Made by a program: the position numbers and the translations under genes. The notes beneath the pieces were generated by a model. That model was not told the DNA's origin, ran no database searches, and worked only from the letters and a program-made list of their open reading frames with translations. A DNA stretch of 63,366 nucleotides, filler included, from Kipferlia bialata (lineage: Eukaryota): NCBI GenBank assembly GCA_003568945.1. It is 7 parts of 7 records of this genome, joined end to end, with 100 filler letters (N's around TTAATTAATTAA, not from the genome) between each part and the next. Parts side by side here need not be neighbours in the genome. Positions count along the whole stretch, not along the records: positions 32,640 to 43,394 come from BDIP01001361.1; positions 43,495 to 54,126 come from BDIP01001363.1; 5 more parts are not named here. The stretch is one strand, 5' to 3'. Positions 37,627 to 51,600 of the stretch are shown here, piece after piece (within the stretch, counting starts at the first letter, position 1; each line of letters starts with the position of its first letter).

Positions 37627-40422
37627 GGGCCTCGCAGAGAGTGGCAGCCAGTATGTCGGAACAACTAGGTATGTAGCTTCAGACACACACACATACACAC
37701 ACATATAAATATGTATAGAGAGGGAGAGAGTGTGTGTGTGTGTGTGTGTGGGAGCTAGCCTGTCAGCTCATATTCATGAACTTCTCTCTCTTCCTAATTC
37801 CTCCTATGAACAGGACTCCAGAAGACTTCTCTCTCTCCCCCTCCCTCTACGCACCTTAATATCAGCCTCCTATGAACAGGACATAGCAGGCTTCTCTCTC
37901 TCTCTCTCTCTCTCTCTAGACCCCTATTCCTCTCCTCCTACACCCCTAATTCCAGCCTCCTATGAACAGGACATAGCAGACCTCAGGGCCAAGTGCAGTA
38001 GGTATGATACCTTCCATCTCTCTCTCTCTCTCTCCCTAGACCCTAAATACCAAAATATCTCTCCAAAGTGACTCTCTCTCTCTCTCTCTCTCCTCTCTCC
38101 TTCTACACCCTTAATACCAGACTGTCTGTGCAGAGTGATGAGGCAAGGGCAGAGACGCAGAGAGAGAGACAGAGGCATCAGGAGGGTATGTCTGGCATAT
38201 GTATTGAGTATTATGTATATATAGAGTTATATATCAATAGATATATATATAATATCATTGTATATTGTATAGTGTGTGTACATCCTTTGGTCTACACTCT
38301 TGTGATTATCAAGGTGTTTTCTGTACTGATTGATATTCAGCATATTCCACTGGAAATCTCCCTCCCTCCACACCCTCATTGTCAGGTCTTGTTGTCTCAT
38401 CTTCCTCACCATCCCTATCTCTCCCTCCCTCTCTCTCTCCCTACACCCTTATTGTCAGGTCTAACTGGTCTTGACCAGCTGATGGAGACACTGAACAGAC
38501 AGGGGGAAGAGAGGAGGTATATTTGAGTGTATATAATACACTATATATACATATATACATAGGGATGGAGAGAGAGAGAGAGAGAGAGAGATAGGATGGA
38601 GAGCCTGAACAGACAATGGGAAGAGAGGAGGTATTTGAATATGTATGTATACAATGCACACTTCAAATATAACTATACTAATATATATATAGATACATAT
38701 ATATATAGGATTTCAGGGCGAGGGGAGGAGGATAATACAAACTGTGACACCATGTATCTACTAGTATAAGTTGGATGTGTATATATGCATATAGAGAGAT
38801 GTTAATAGCAGTAACATGTATATTTATATTGGTGTTGGAAAATACATTCCCTATACTCTTTCCCCAGGAGCCACTGTACATCAACTACTAAGATTATGGA
38901 TAGACTCTCTACACACTGATGTCCCAGGAGAGAGCATGACACAGATATATATATATATATATACAGTGTACGCACTGTGTATTTACTTGCAATATATCCC
39001 CTCTCACCCCAGGAGAGAGCATGATGGTGTTGAGCTTCTGATAGTGGCGGTGGACCAACTGAGGGAGAGTGTACTGCCAGGTATATACTTAATGCTTAAT
39101 ACTTAATGCTTATCTAGTTTCATAGTCCATTGAGTATTTGTTGTGAGCATTACTAGGCCTAATAGTATAGGCTTCAGTACCCGCCTTGCCTCCGCAGTCC
39201 CCTTGGTCGACCTCCAAGGATCAATCCCCACTCAGGATCAACCATCAAATCAATCATCAAGTGACCAGTCCCTGCTCGCTGGCATGTCTCCACCAAATAC
39301 CACTGAGACAATTAGGGGTGCAGAGAGGGAGAGAGAGAGGGCTACCGTCACTCCTACCGTGACTCAGGAGGAAGAGAGAGAGAGAGAGAGAGAGGAGTCT
39401 CCTCTGATAAGGCTGTCGGCATCATTAGGTGAGTGTGGATCTCTTCTATGTATCTCTCTCTCCCTCTCTCTCCTTCTAGCCCCTTATAACTAGGCCGTCT
39501 CAAACTGACCCTGGGTGCCAAGATACAGACACAGGGCATGGTACGTTTATGTGTGTATGTGTAGATATATATATATATATATGGGTGGAGAGAGAGAGAG
39601 AGAGAGACTGGTAGCCAAGATACAGACACAGGGCATGGTACGTGTATTCATATATAGTTTTAGTGTGTATGGTACTACTTCTACATATATATATATATAT
39701 AAATACATGTATGACTAATACCAGGTCAGAGAGCACTTCCTGAGCCAGATTGAAGAGAGAGATGCAGCCCTGATATCCACGAGGTATACTCTCTCTCTCT
39801 CTCTACATGTATATATTTATTTATCCACGTGGTAGTATGGCTCTCTCTGACTCCTATGCACAGTCAAACAGTTCTCTCTCCCTCTCTCTCCCTCACACAC
39901 ATTCATACGTTCTCATGTCTATGTCTGAACTGTCCCAATTGTCCCCGTGCTAGACAGAACCTACACTATATATACTCTATATACTCTATATACTCTATAT
40001 ACATGTCTCTCGCTAGACAACACCTATACTCTGTATATATACATGTCTCTCTGGCTCTTACACCAGATCAGAACTGTCCCAATTGTCCACCCTACTCGAT
40101 GACACCAAGGCACAGGCACAGAGAGACAGGGAGGAGGTCATGGAGAGTGTCAAGGTATGTATATGTATATATATATAGATATATTCAAACATACTATATA
40201 TATACTCTATATACATACTCTATATACATACTCTGTATACATATATATTCATATATATTCATATGGAGAGGAGGTCATGGAGGGTGTCAAGGTATTCCAC
40301 GCTTTGTCTCTCCCCTCAATCACATGTGTATCAGTCTAGGCTATCTTTCTCTCTCTCTCTACACCCTCCATTCTCCTCCCCTAGTCCCCTTATTGTCAGG
40401 CCTATGAGTCTCTGTTCCAGCC

Positions 40423-40456
<34 letters not shown>

Positions 40457-41312
40457 ACCCTTAATACCAGGCCTATGAGTCTCTGTTCCAGGCCAAGTTG
40501 AGACAGAAGCAGGAGGAGGCGGAGGAGATGAGGAGAGAGTTGGAGGAGGCTAAGGAGACAGAAGCTGAGGTAACGGTATATATATATATATGTATGTATG
40601 TGTGTGTATAGAGGGGCGATAGAGAGAGAGAGAAAGAAAGAACTGGGGGGCTGTGGCTGAGGTAATAGTTGTATACCGAGAGAAGAGATATATATACATG
40701 AAGGAGAGAGGTATATGGCTAGGCACACACATTTCTATTACTCTTGTGTATTTCTCTCTATCACTAATCCTAGGCACTTGACAGAGCCTCAGAGGGCGAC
40801 GCTACTCTATCTCTCTCTATATATATATATATGTATATAGTGCATATATTCTTGGATTCATGAATATACTTTGCTTCGTACTCCTCTGTGTCTTATGCCT
40901 AGGCCCTAGAGAGAGCGTCTGAGGCCGAGTCCTCTCTCTCTACCCTACAACAGCGGGACAGAGAGAGAGAGGAGGAGCTGGATGCTTCTAAGGCTGCACA
41001 GGTATATACTAATATATGTGTATATATAGAGAGAGGGAGAGAGAGAGAGGCAGGAGGAGATGGATGCTTCTAAGGCAGCTCAGGTACCAGTACATTTGTT
41101 TTTCTCTCTGACAATATGTATATGTACCTCTTTTGCATATGCCTCCCTGGCAGCCTCGCCCCCTCCCCTTTTGTCTCTATATATGATTATGCTATATATA
41201 TATATGATTACACATACTTATACTGATATACAGGCCACCCTGGCTGCCCAGGCCCAGGAGGCCAGACAGAGACTGGCGGCCAAGGAGGAGGAGGTACTAT
41301 AATTTGTTAATG

Positions 41313-41361
<49 letters not shown>

Positions 41362-42829
41362 GCCAGGCAGAGACTGGCAGCCAAGGAGGAGGAGGTACAA
41401 TATTTTGTTAATGTATATATATATGTATATACTATATGGACACCTATGCGTGTGTGTTTGTATATATGCGTTGACAGAGACTGGCAGCCAAGGAGGAGGA
41501 GGTATATATAAATATATATATATATATATGGACATATATATATATATATATGGACATATATATATGTGTTGACACAGACTACGAGGTATATACCCACATA
41601 TATGCATATGCACTGTATCCATAGTATCTACAGGTTGGTGGTTTGTCTACATTGGTGAAGATGAATGTGTTTCATTTTATCTATTAACCCCTACATACAT
41701 CTTCTAACCCCAGATCCAGGGTCTCCAGTCCATGGCTAAGAGGGATATGGCGAAGGGTAAGTATATTGAAGTGTGTACATATATATGTAGAGAGGGGAGA
41801 GAGAGAGAGAGAGAGTCTCCAGTCCATGGCCAAGAGAGACATGGTTAAGAGTATGTATAGATATGTGTATAGTTACATATATACTTCGATGATGACGGAT
41901 CTCTCTCTCTCTCTCTCTCTCTCTCACTACCCCCTTATTCCAGTGTCTGTTGATGACGACGGGTCTCTCCATGCCTTCGAGATACTCAGGAAGAGAGGTA
42001 TACTCTCTCTCTCTCTCACTACACCCTTATTTTGGAGAGTTATAATGCAACTATAGACTCAGAATCATTCTTTCCTGTGTGCTTCAGTAGTTTTACTCCC
42101 TCTCTCCCCCTGCACCCTTATTTCATCTCTCTCTCTCTCTCTCTCTCTCCCCCTGCACCCTTATTTCAGTTCTTGTGCTTGAGAGAGAGAAGCTGGAGGC
42201 AGAGAGAGAGATGAACACTCTGAGGGGGAGACTCACCCTCGCATCGGCACCGGCTAAGAGTAGGTATGAACGGTTGAACGTATGAACGGCTTCCTATCTA
42301 ACCTTCAGCTGACACCGTCTTCAGCCAGCTTCTTCCTCTCTATATATTTATAGAAGTATATGTATCTCTCTTACTTTCAGCTCTCGCACTCTCCGTCTGG
42401 GTTCCACCTCTCGTGACCTGTCTCTCTCCCTCTCTCCATGGGAGAGGGACACTGATAGAAAGGGTGTAGAGAGAGAGAGCACCAATCCAGATATGGATGT
42501 GGAGAGGGAGAGGGATCCTCTACCCATGTCCAGATCTAGATACTCTACACCCTTACATGGGGGAGAGGGAGAGAGAGAGAGAGTCTGCAGCACAGAGGAT
42601 GCAGTCAGAATGGTACGTGTACGCTTGTCTCTCTCTCTCTCATTCTCTCCTTGTATATGTATATGTGTGCGTGTATTATTGCAAACATATGCAGAATTCG
42701 TGTGGTTACCAATTTCGATTCTCGTGTTTTAGTATCTTATACACGTATGTCTTTCTCACCATGTAGGTTGCCAATGGGGCCCTGGATGAGGACTTCCTAG
42801 TGGCACAGGTGCTAGAAGGGAACATATAG
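35977..42829 (+). CDS. Long coiled-coil protein, about 20 exons, 5'-partial
   Basis: Exons such as LQSFRAENTALR/EQLSRSLRQLRDTEVK, ASYEQDIADLRAKCS, AYESLFQAKLRQKQEEAEEMRRELEEAKE, ending VANGALDEDFLVAQVLEGNI*. Confidence 0.7.
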
Positions 42830-43070
42830 GTAGAGAGTAAGAGAGAGAGAGAGACTGTCAGAGAGAGAATGAAGTAGAGGGACTTTGGTTGTAGAATACT
42901 GGTTTTGTGTGCTGTTTGTTTGATATGCATTAGTGAGTAAATGAACTGAATTGGTTACGTTTTCGTTGGTTGTACCAGTTGTGGTTCTCTTTACTATGCT
43001 AGTATCAATCCTTGCAGCAACCCTTACTTGCTTCACGCAGAACCATCAATCAGATTTATACAGAAAACAC

Positions 43071-43195
43071 TCACACACCCCTAGAGAGGAAACCAGTACT
43101 CTCTCTCTCTCTCTCTACACCCTCATTGTCCCTCTCCCTCTCTCTCTGTTTACCAGAGAGCGTTGGGGAAGGAGGCAGCGATGGGAGCACAGAGG
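43071..43195 (-). CDS. Probable terminal exon of an unknown gene
   Basis: Acceptor ttaccatag then ASVLPSLPPSPTLSGKQRERE...FLSRGV*. A decoy copy of the same exon edge lies at ~43270-43305. Confidence 0.4.
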
Positions 43196-43215
43196 CTATG
43201 GTAAGAGCAACATAT

Positions 43216-43258
<43 letters not shown>

Positions 43259-43542
43259 CAGATAGAGGGAAGGAGGCAGCGACGGGGGCACGGAGGCTAG
43301 AGGGTTAGGGAGAGATAGATGGAGAAAGATGAAGAAAAGATGAAGAGAGAGAGGGGGGGGGGGGGGGGGGGGGGGGGGCAAACAAAAAAGAAAGNNNNNN
43401 NNNNNNNNNNNNNNNNNNNNNNNNNNNNNNNNNNNNNNTTAATTAATTAANNNNNNNNNNNNNNNNNNNNNNNNNNNNNNNNNNNNNNNNNNNNACTTCA
43501 GTGAGTAAAGTGTACACTCCATATGTTACATGCTAACCAAAC

Positions 43543-46500
43543 CTCTCTTTCTCCTGCACATGGCTCTCACTGATACCGGGGTGGTCAGTGATACGACATG
43601 CAGCAGCGAGTACACTCAGTAGACACATGAGAGGGGGGTGGGCCTGGGAAGCAGCATAGACTGGGGACGAGGGGTCAAGGACGGGGTGTCGACAATAGCT
43701 GGGTAAATTAGTGTTTAGAGAGTATGGACTGTTGAGAATAGCTTGCCAATATACCTTCTGTGCATTGCTGTCACACTTTGGTCCTGGTACTCAGTCTTAG
43801 TATATGGGGTGACAGTACCCGAAGCAATAGGGGTGTAGAAGGGCGACATGTGTCTGCTCAATACAGTCTTGAGGCCTGTCCCCCTGTGGTATCTAAGTGC
43901 CATACTGCTGCCACACCCTGGTGTGCTGACACAGCTACCAGACACCACACCAAGGGATGGGAAGGTGCTTGGGTGGCTAGTGTAAGGGAGTACAATACTG
44001 CTGATATAATTATGTGAAGCACGGTATGTACACTGAGATAATCTGAAACTCACCCTGCGAGCCGAGAGAGACTGTGGGGCAGTAATGGTGTCTCCATCTT
44101 GAATGTTGGTCCTGAGGGAGCGGTCAGACTCAGTGTGAGTGCAATAACCATCTGCGGTAAGATGTTAGACTGTATCCAAAGCGTGTGAGTAATACTGACA
44201 GGTGTTGACAACACCGTGTTGTGTTATAATGTGACACTAGTAGTGCTCACTGTTGGCCACCTGCACACAATCTAGCGTGTACACTGCATTGTGGAAGGGA
44301 CAGTCTCTGCCAAGGCGGTACACTGAGAACAGAACGCCAATGAGACGCTGCTATTAGAGAACAGAGCGAGTACACACAACACAATTAGCAACTGTGACAT
44401 ACCTTGGGACTCATACTGGGACACCGCGTTATGTTCTGATAGAACGCATGGAGAATGAGCCACCCAAAGCCAAAGCTAGGTTGAGTTTAGTTTACACAAC
44501 ATGTATCAATTATCAATGCATATAGCAAAATTCTTCTGAAGTGTTCTATACCCTCCAGTAATGGCATCAAACGTCTCTGCATTGAACGCCGTGTCAGTTA
44601 GAGCGCTGTCAAAGAGTGAACGCAGACTGAGGTAAGAATCATTCCAATTCTGAATTCAATGTAGCTCAGATGCCCACCTAGGCAAGGAGTACATTATGTT
44701 GAACCGTCTCAGCAGGACGTCCATACACCAGGAACATGTGTACAGAGAGCTGATGTGAGGTTTCAAGGTTCCCGTAGTAGGAGTACTATAAGTATGTGTG
44801 AGCTATACCTTCCGGGTGTCGCCATATCTGGAGGCAGCGATATCTGTTTGTAGCCTGAGTGAGCAGATGAGTAAAATACTCCGAGCAAAGGATGTAACTA
44901 TCACCTGGCAGGGTTCCCCTATGTGGCAACAGGTACCCAAGCCATGCCTTTCTTCTGCCTATACCCACTCCATCCAGTACATCTGCAGGGTCATCGTCAG
45001 GGCGTGTGGCTGTATCGAGGGTCATGAGAGGAGACTTGTGTCTGCGGTATGGGGGGAGGGGCATGGTGACTTCTACTGTGAGATGTAGCGAGTATGTTGA
45101 TAGGGAGCGATAATATATCTATATCTTTACTCTACCTGTCGTTGTAGTGTCTGTGACGGCGTCATGCTTCCCCTCCAGTCTGCCAGTCTTGGTACCAGGA
45201 ATGAGGTTGTCCGACACCCTCTCAGAGACACCTCCTAGCAGAGTGGGTAGGCCTGTGCGTAAGTAGGTCCAATGAGGGTGATTATACCTTCGAGCTACAA
45301 CAGTCAATGTTGTCTGATTAGAATGTGTCTTACTCACCATCCTGACCCCATCTGACAGCAGATGCTGTTACCCTAAACATGTGGTACTCCTTGGTGGGGA
45401 ACATCATGCGTCTGTGTCAAATGCAGTGTATACAATACCCTTATCTATAAGAATATCCTGTATGAACCCCACAAGAGCACATATTCATTGGAAGTCCGTA
45501 CCTCTGCACCATGATGTATGTGGGCGACACCCCAGTGGCACAGTCCTTGATGGCTTGCTCCACCTGTGTTAGGAAGATGGGCTAAACTCACACTGGTTAA
45601 TGTACAGTATGGAGTATATAGTGTAGGCACTAATGAGTGATAATCTGATCTCAAACCTTCTCTCTGTCGTCTGGATGGACGTTCCTCGGGAATGCTCTCA
45701 TTGCGTCAAGAAGTGATCTAGAGTCAGAAGGGTGTACAATCTCTTTGCTATGAGGACAAATTTCCGCGTGGTGCCCATCACTGCTCTCACCTTACACTCT
45801 CTGGTTCGAACCCATACACACGGCACCAGTCCGTGGTGATTCGGATCTCAGAAGTCCTGGGTAGGTGATAGGAGACAATTCAGAGAGGTGGCAGACTTGC
45901 TTCTAATACGGTCAGACAGCCTGTTGTACCTTGTGTTCATCAAAAGACACCCATACAAAGCGATTCTCTTAGTGCCTAGAACAGAGTCTCTAATAGTGTC
46001 ACTGATGCTTTGGTTAGAGCCAAGTACCGACGAAGTATGATACACAAGGAGAGATATATGTGGTTGGTAGAGTACTCGGTATAGGCACTGTGTCTAGTTG
46101 ACACTGTAAACAACTGAGGAAATACCTTGTTGTTGGCTTAGGTAGATTGATGAATCTGTCGATGCTCACATCGTCAGACGGTAATACAAGCTGGACGTCA
46201 GGTGTAGTATTTATACATTCAAATATATGGCAGTATATGGGAAAGATTGAATATACTTACAATACTGTACCTGAGTATCTAGCTGCACTGTGTTCATGTC
46301 CTCTTGTTTGTCAATATCTTCTGTAATATCCTCTCTCTCCTCGCTATCTTCAACCGGCAGTGACAGGGACGAGGAACATAATTCCTCACTGAGCAAGATA
46401 TCAGTAGAAGTCATAGCACTTTCTTCTTTTCTCTTATGTAGACGACCATCCATAGGAGCGTTCATCCTGGGGTCAGACATGTACTATGCCATAGTCACTA

Positions 46501-48348
46501 TGGCATCAAAGAGTGAGACTAGCTGCGGGTAAATGCATCACCCACCAGCTAGGGTCCATATTGTCCAGATAGTGATCATAGACCTGTCTCTGTACAACAG
46601 AGGACATCAGCTCATGAAGGCGTGACCTGCAGGTAAGGAAGACAGATGGAGACGCGAACATACTGATCCATGTATCATACTCGACTGACAATTACTGATA
46701 ATACAACACGTAGTATGTAGTTTGGGGTGTACATACCTAACTGGTTCCATCGGAGGTTCCCAAGACAGAGCCTGATATTAAATACACCAACCCGATGTGT
46801 TGTAGTGGTAGAATACCGACTATACAGATATACCAACTAACTATGTATATACTTTACTGTTGTGTATCACACATACCGCCAGCACCGTGATCAAGTCGTC
46901 TGCCCGGCTGTATGTAAAGGGTAGAGTGATTGTGGGGACAACTCCCTCACACGATGCTGTCGGAATCATGAGACTAAGGGTGTGGACGAAGGGAGAGGTC
47001 AGCCACTGACCCGCAGTCACTAGGAATGAGTCTAACACTCTGCCAGTTACATTAGGTCCCCCAACCAGCCTACTGGTCCAACTATCTGGCTTGGTATTCA
47101 CGTGTCGAGTAAGGACGAGCGCTGCAAAGGCCACGGCGTGTGTGACCTGATACACAACATATCCCAATAGTGATACTTCTCCATCGCCACACTCTGACAC
47201 TGGGGCACTCTTCCCCGCCCCCAATTGAAGTAGGTCGTGCAGAGAGGAGTAACGAATGACACTCTCCTTGAACCTACACTCATCCTTGGAGACACAGGGA
47301 CAGCTGGGTGATCTCGTTGACCCTTGGAACAGAGAGTCAGTGGCCTCACAGAGTGGCACTCCCTGTGCATGTCTAGGATGTGCCTCCATGACTGGCGTCA
47401 ACCCATACCTTTCACACAGCCACTCTACTTCATCCGTTACCATTCCTCTGAAGAGCTCATTGACAATTGTATAGTGGTCATGTCCTCTCCTTCCACTTCC
47501 ATTCCCTTTGAGAAGGTTTAGGTACCGACACGTCCTAAGATGTCTCAGATGTATAGGGGTCTGCAACTATGGGGTTAGACATATATCTACCAGTGACTAT
47601 AATTATCAATGATGCATATTTCAATACATACACTCACTCTTGCAGGGGCGCCCAATGAGAGTGGTAGTGTTCCGTCATGTTGGTATGACAACTGGTCAGC
47701 TCTGAACAATGGCTTGTCTCCCATACCCTCCTCAACCACCATGGTTGTAATGAGTGCATATCCAGGGGAGAATGGGATGCATGGAAGGAAGACACAGAGG
47801 AGGAATGAGACCCAGAAACATATCGGGGCTACAGTTGAGGAGGATGGTAGCCAAAGATAGAGGGATGTGACCTCTGTAACTCTACATAGTAGTAACATAG
47901 TCATGGATACCAAACACAACCTGTGGGAGGTTAGCCGATCATGGTGCTTGCTTCTAGGAGTTGTCCTGGATACTGTAGACACCCAGCCCAGTACTAAGGT
48001 AACTGCCAAGTGACATGTGTTGGCACAGTGCATAGATGAGTCACAGGAGTCTGGTACGCCGAAGGCTTCAAAGAGGGTCAGAGCAGTATACCCAACTGAG
48101 AGAAATGATACCAAAAACCCATAGACCCTGTATGCGGCTAGGCGAGAGACCCAGTACCATGGGGCATAAAGAAGACCCTTTCTCTCGGTAAGCTGCTCAA
48201 TGGGAGTGTTGGTGCTGGTGAAAGAGGGTGTCCTGACATTGTCTCTTGCACGTTGACCAGACTCTTTGAGTATGAACAGCAACTCAATCCATATCAGCAT
48301 CAACATACACGGGTCTTGAGAGGCGGCCCCTAATGTACTGGCCAACAT
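43543..48348 (-). CDS. Multi-TM / PAS-PAC / degenerate class I cyclic-nucleotide phosphodiesterase protein, paralog A (3'-partial)
   Basis: Hydrophobic first exon. PAS-PAC: ITTDWCRVYGFE...AFPRNVHPDDREK...RRMMFPTKEYHMFRVTASAVRWGQDGLPTLLGG. PDE-like: FNAETFDAITGG...YRLGRDCPFHNAVYTLDCVQ...LLSVLAAACRITDHPGISESHV. Confidence 0.8.
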
Positions 48349-48624
48349 CTTCAGCCGGGGTAGAGCGACAGGATATATATATATGACGGTAGTTACTGGG
48401 TAGAGAGATAGGGGAAGCATACCATCTCTCCACAATGGCTGTAGAGTCAACAGCTCCCCTGATAGTATCCACTCATCACACTATGAGGTCTTGAATACCT
48501 CTACTGTGGTCAAAGTGATATCCTCAAACACCAACAGTGCCGCTGTCACTGACTTCGTTTCCAACACTTAGTAACACTGGGATAGCACCCCGGGCAACAT
48601 CTACTTACTAGAGCCCATCAAGTA
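48349..48624. promoter_or_regulatory. Putative bidirectional promoter between the divergent paralogs
   Basis: About 276 nt between the two inferred ATGs. Positional evidence only. Confidence 0.4.
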
Positions 48625-51600
48625 ATGGGGGGTGTAGTCATGGCTGACTCTCACCTGTGTCTCATGGTGCTGATAGAGTGCATATTCATAGCTATGCACA
48701 TTGGTCAGTATTTGCATTCATCCGAGGCAACAGAGAAGGCCGCCGACGACTCTAGGGCTGAGAAAAATACCACTCCATCCCACAGAGTCCAGCACGGACA
48801 TCTTCTATTACGCATGGTGTCATTTGTGCCTCTCGTCTTTGGGTGTCTACAGCTACTGTATACACAACTGCCGTCAGTAGCCCATACTGTCACTGTGTGT
48901 GTGACACTGGGGTCCTTAATGCTGTGTGTCCTGGTATTGGGTGTATGGTCGACACTGATGGACCATTCCCCAGCTCCACACACAACCACACACAGACTGT
49001 CACTAGCCATACTTGGGGTATTTAGTATCACTGAAGTGCTCTATACTATCAACCTTCTCTCTGAGCACTCTGCTCATATGATCACATCGTTCTGCTTCTA
49101 CACGACGTGTGTCCTATTTCTGTGTCTGCCCTGTATCCCTTACTCTCCTGGCCATGTGTTACTAGCCACCATTGAGTATGAGGATATGATAGGGAGGACT
49201 AGTGCATCACAAGACACACACCAACTCCACGCCATCCATGAGAGAGTGCTGCCACTCACTCTGGGACAGGGAGAGCTGGTAAGTGCTGACCATCGTATAG
49301 TACTCTACTGTTCTCTTGTTATATCATTGAGTAAAATCCACTACTGTAGTCTACTCCTAACCTTCAGGATCGATGCCACATTCATCACCGACACCTGTGG
49401 TCGTGTAGGTATCTCACCCTTCTCAAAGGTGGAGGTGGTGACGCCAAGGGGTGTGACCACTACAGCATAGTCAACGACCTCTACATGGGTATGCCAGAGG
49501 ATGAGGTGGAGGAGTTGTGTGAAAGGTATGGAGTGGTAAAGCCTGTGGATGAAGAGCCTCTCACGACTATGCACCCTCTGTTTGAGGACACGGCTGCAGA
49601 CTCCCTGGTACACAGAGTACCAAAGGGAACCAGCAAGGATAGTGAGGTAGGGGGTGACGTTACTATATTTGTATCCTGTACCAGTCCTCTACTATGGACA
49701 TTCCTATATATAGTCTACCAAGTACAATTTCCAGACAACCTAGAACACACTCCCCACCAAGATCTATACAATACTCCCCCCCGTCTCACCCACCGCAGGG
49801 CTGCCACTGTCACCAGGGGTCCCATACTGTGTCTAGGGCAGAGTGTGAGTACAGAGAGAGGGTGGTGCGGTACTCGTGTCTCAATGACATGCTTTATCTC
49901 CGTGCTGCTAAGAGTGCGCCAGCAAGAGAGTGTGGTGATGACTCTGTCTCAGTATTGAGATATGTAGCCTCGGGGTGTAGGTATATCCTGGCATATTCTG
50001 CACTGGCCCTTATCCACCATGTCCATTGCAAACCAGACAGCTGGGTATCAAGACTCATTGGTACCAGTACCACCAGGCAGACTGAGCGTATCCTAGACTC
50101 CTACCTTGTAACTGCTGGTCAGTGGCTCTCCTCTCCCTTTGTAGACACCATCAACTTGATGCTTGCCACTGCTACCTGTGATGGAGATGCCTCCAACCTC
50201 ACTCTACCCTGGACATGTAGCCAGGCAGACGACATGATCACGGTGCTAGCGGTGGGTGTACTTGCTTCCATATTCATAGGACTATATTGGTTTGTGTCAC
50301 ACCTCATGTCCAGGCCCTGTCCAGAGAACCGGTGATGAAACCGGTTAGGTAAGAACAACCATCCAAAAGTCAATTTCTTGTACCACGTGACCAATGCATC
50401 ACATACTTGCACTTATCCATTCCGGATATCCTCACCACTAGCCACCACCTGCGATACTTGATGTCTTCTGTCATCCAGAGACAGGTCTATGACCCATACC
50501 CAGAGGGAGGGACTACCAATGAGAGGCATGGAAGTGGTACACATGTGTACACACATGCATGTGTATATAGATAGCTGAATAATCATACCCTCGTCTTAAA
50601 TGTGCTTACCCCAGGTTTGTAGAGGTTGTCGACGGCCTCCGAGAAGTGTTGGGTGGCATACATGCAGAAGGTACCTGGACTATGCTACAGTATCGACTGC
50701 ATCTAAATTGTATGATACTAACCCTGAGGTTCGTGTGAGTGTGAGAGTGTGGCCTCTCGGAACATTAGTAGAGCCATGAGTGAGCTGCCATCACCCATAG
50801 CAGTACTAAGAGAAGGTAATCATATATAAGAGTACTTCATTGCAGAACTTCTCTCCGTTACTCACAAAAGGATCAGATCTGAGTTGGTGCTCTGATATTG
50901 AGGGTGTAGACTCCTTCGATCACTCTAGCTCAGGAGAGATGTCTCAAATTTCGAGCAGCTCTGATGTGTACGTGTCAGCATACAGCAAGGACTCTCTGTC
51001 TCTCCTACCCACTGTGGGTAGTGGGATGGCCCTATCTAGGGATGCTGCAGGGATCGGCAGGGAGGGCGCAATAGGGGAGGATCTGCATGGGGTTGTGGGG
51101 GATACAGTACCAGTCCGACAGCCGGTTATGCTGGGTGATATACAGGTTGTGGACGAACAGTATGGACACACCTCCGGGTCTGAGACCGTCTCTCCCATAT
51201 CCACACTGGAGGAGAGCGGCATGCCATGCCCAACCCCAAGTGGTCTACTCGATACAACGGTACGTCCTGTTTCTAAACTCGATAACATATCACGACAACT
51301 GACTCTCAGATTGTCCGGCCTTCCAGTGATGTGGGTGAGCTGTCTTTCTATCTGTTGCCCAAGAGAGATGAGAGGTGCGATACCATATCTGATTATGACC
51401 CTGTCTCTTAGACTCCTCCTGTGAGGTAAAGTACCGCATACTCACTCCAGCTGGGCCAAGTGTGTATGGGACTCTGTACTAGGGACCAATGTCAGCCCAC
51501 CCCACGGCAGCCTGTTCAGCAACCCAAGGGGGGGCTGTATACAGTTAAGCAGTAGGAGATCTAACATAGTTCAATTCAGAATCCGAGTAGTCGCGAAATT

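Noticed and set aside
35291..42829. Signal-peptide protein fused to the long coiled-coil protein
   Set aside because: The junction crosses a long poly-C tract and is more likely a misassembly.
36500..43320. Numerous YIYIYI / SLSLSL / VCVCVC ORFs in the ORF track
   Set aside because: They are translations of intronic dinucleotide microsatellites.
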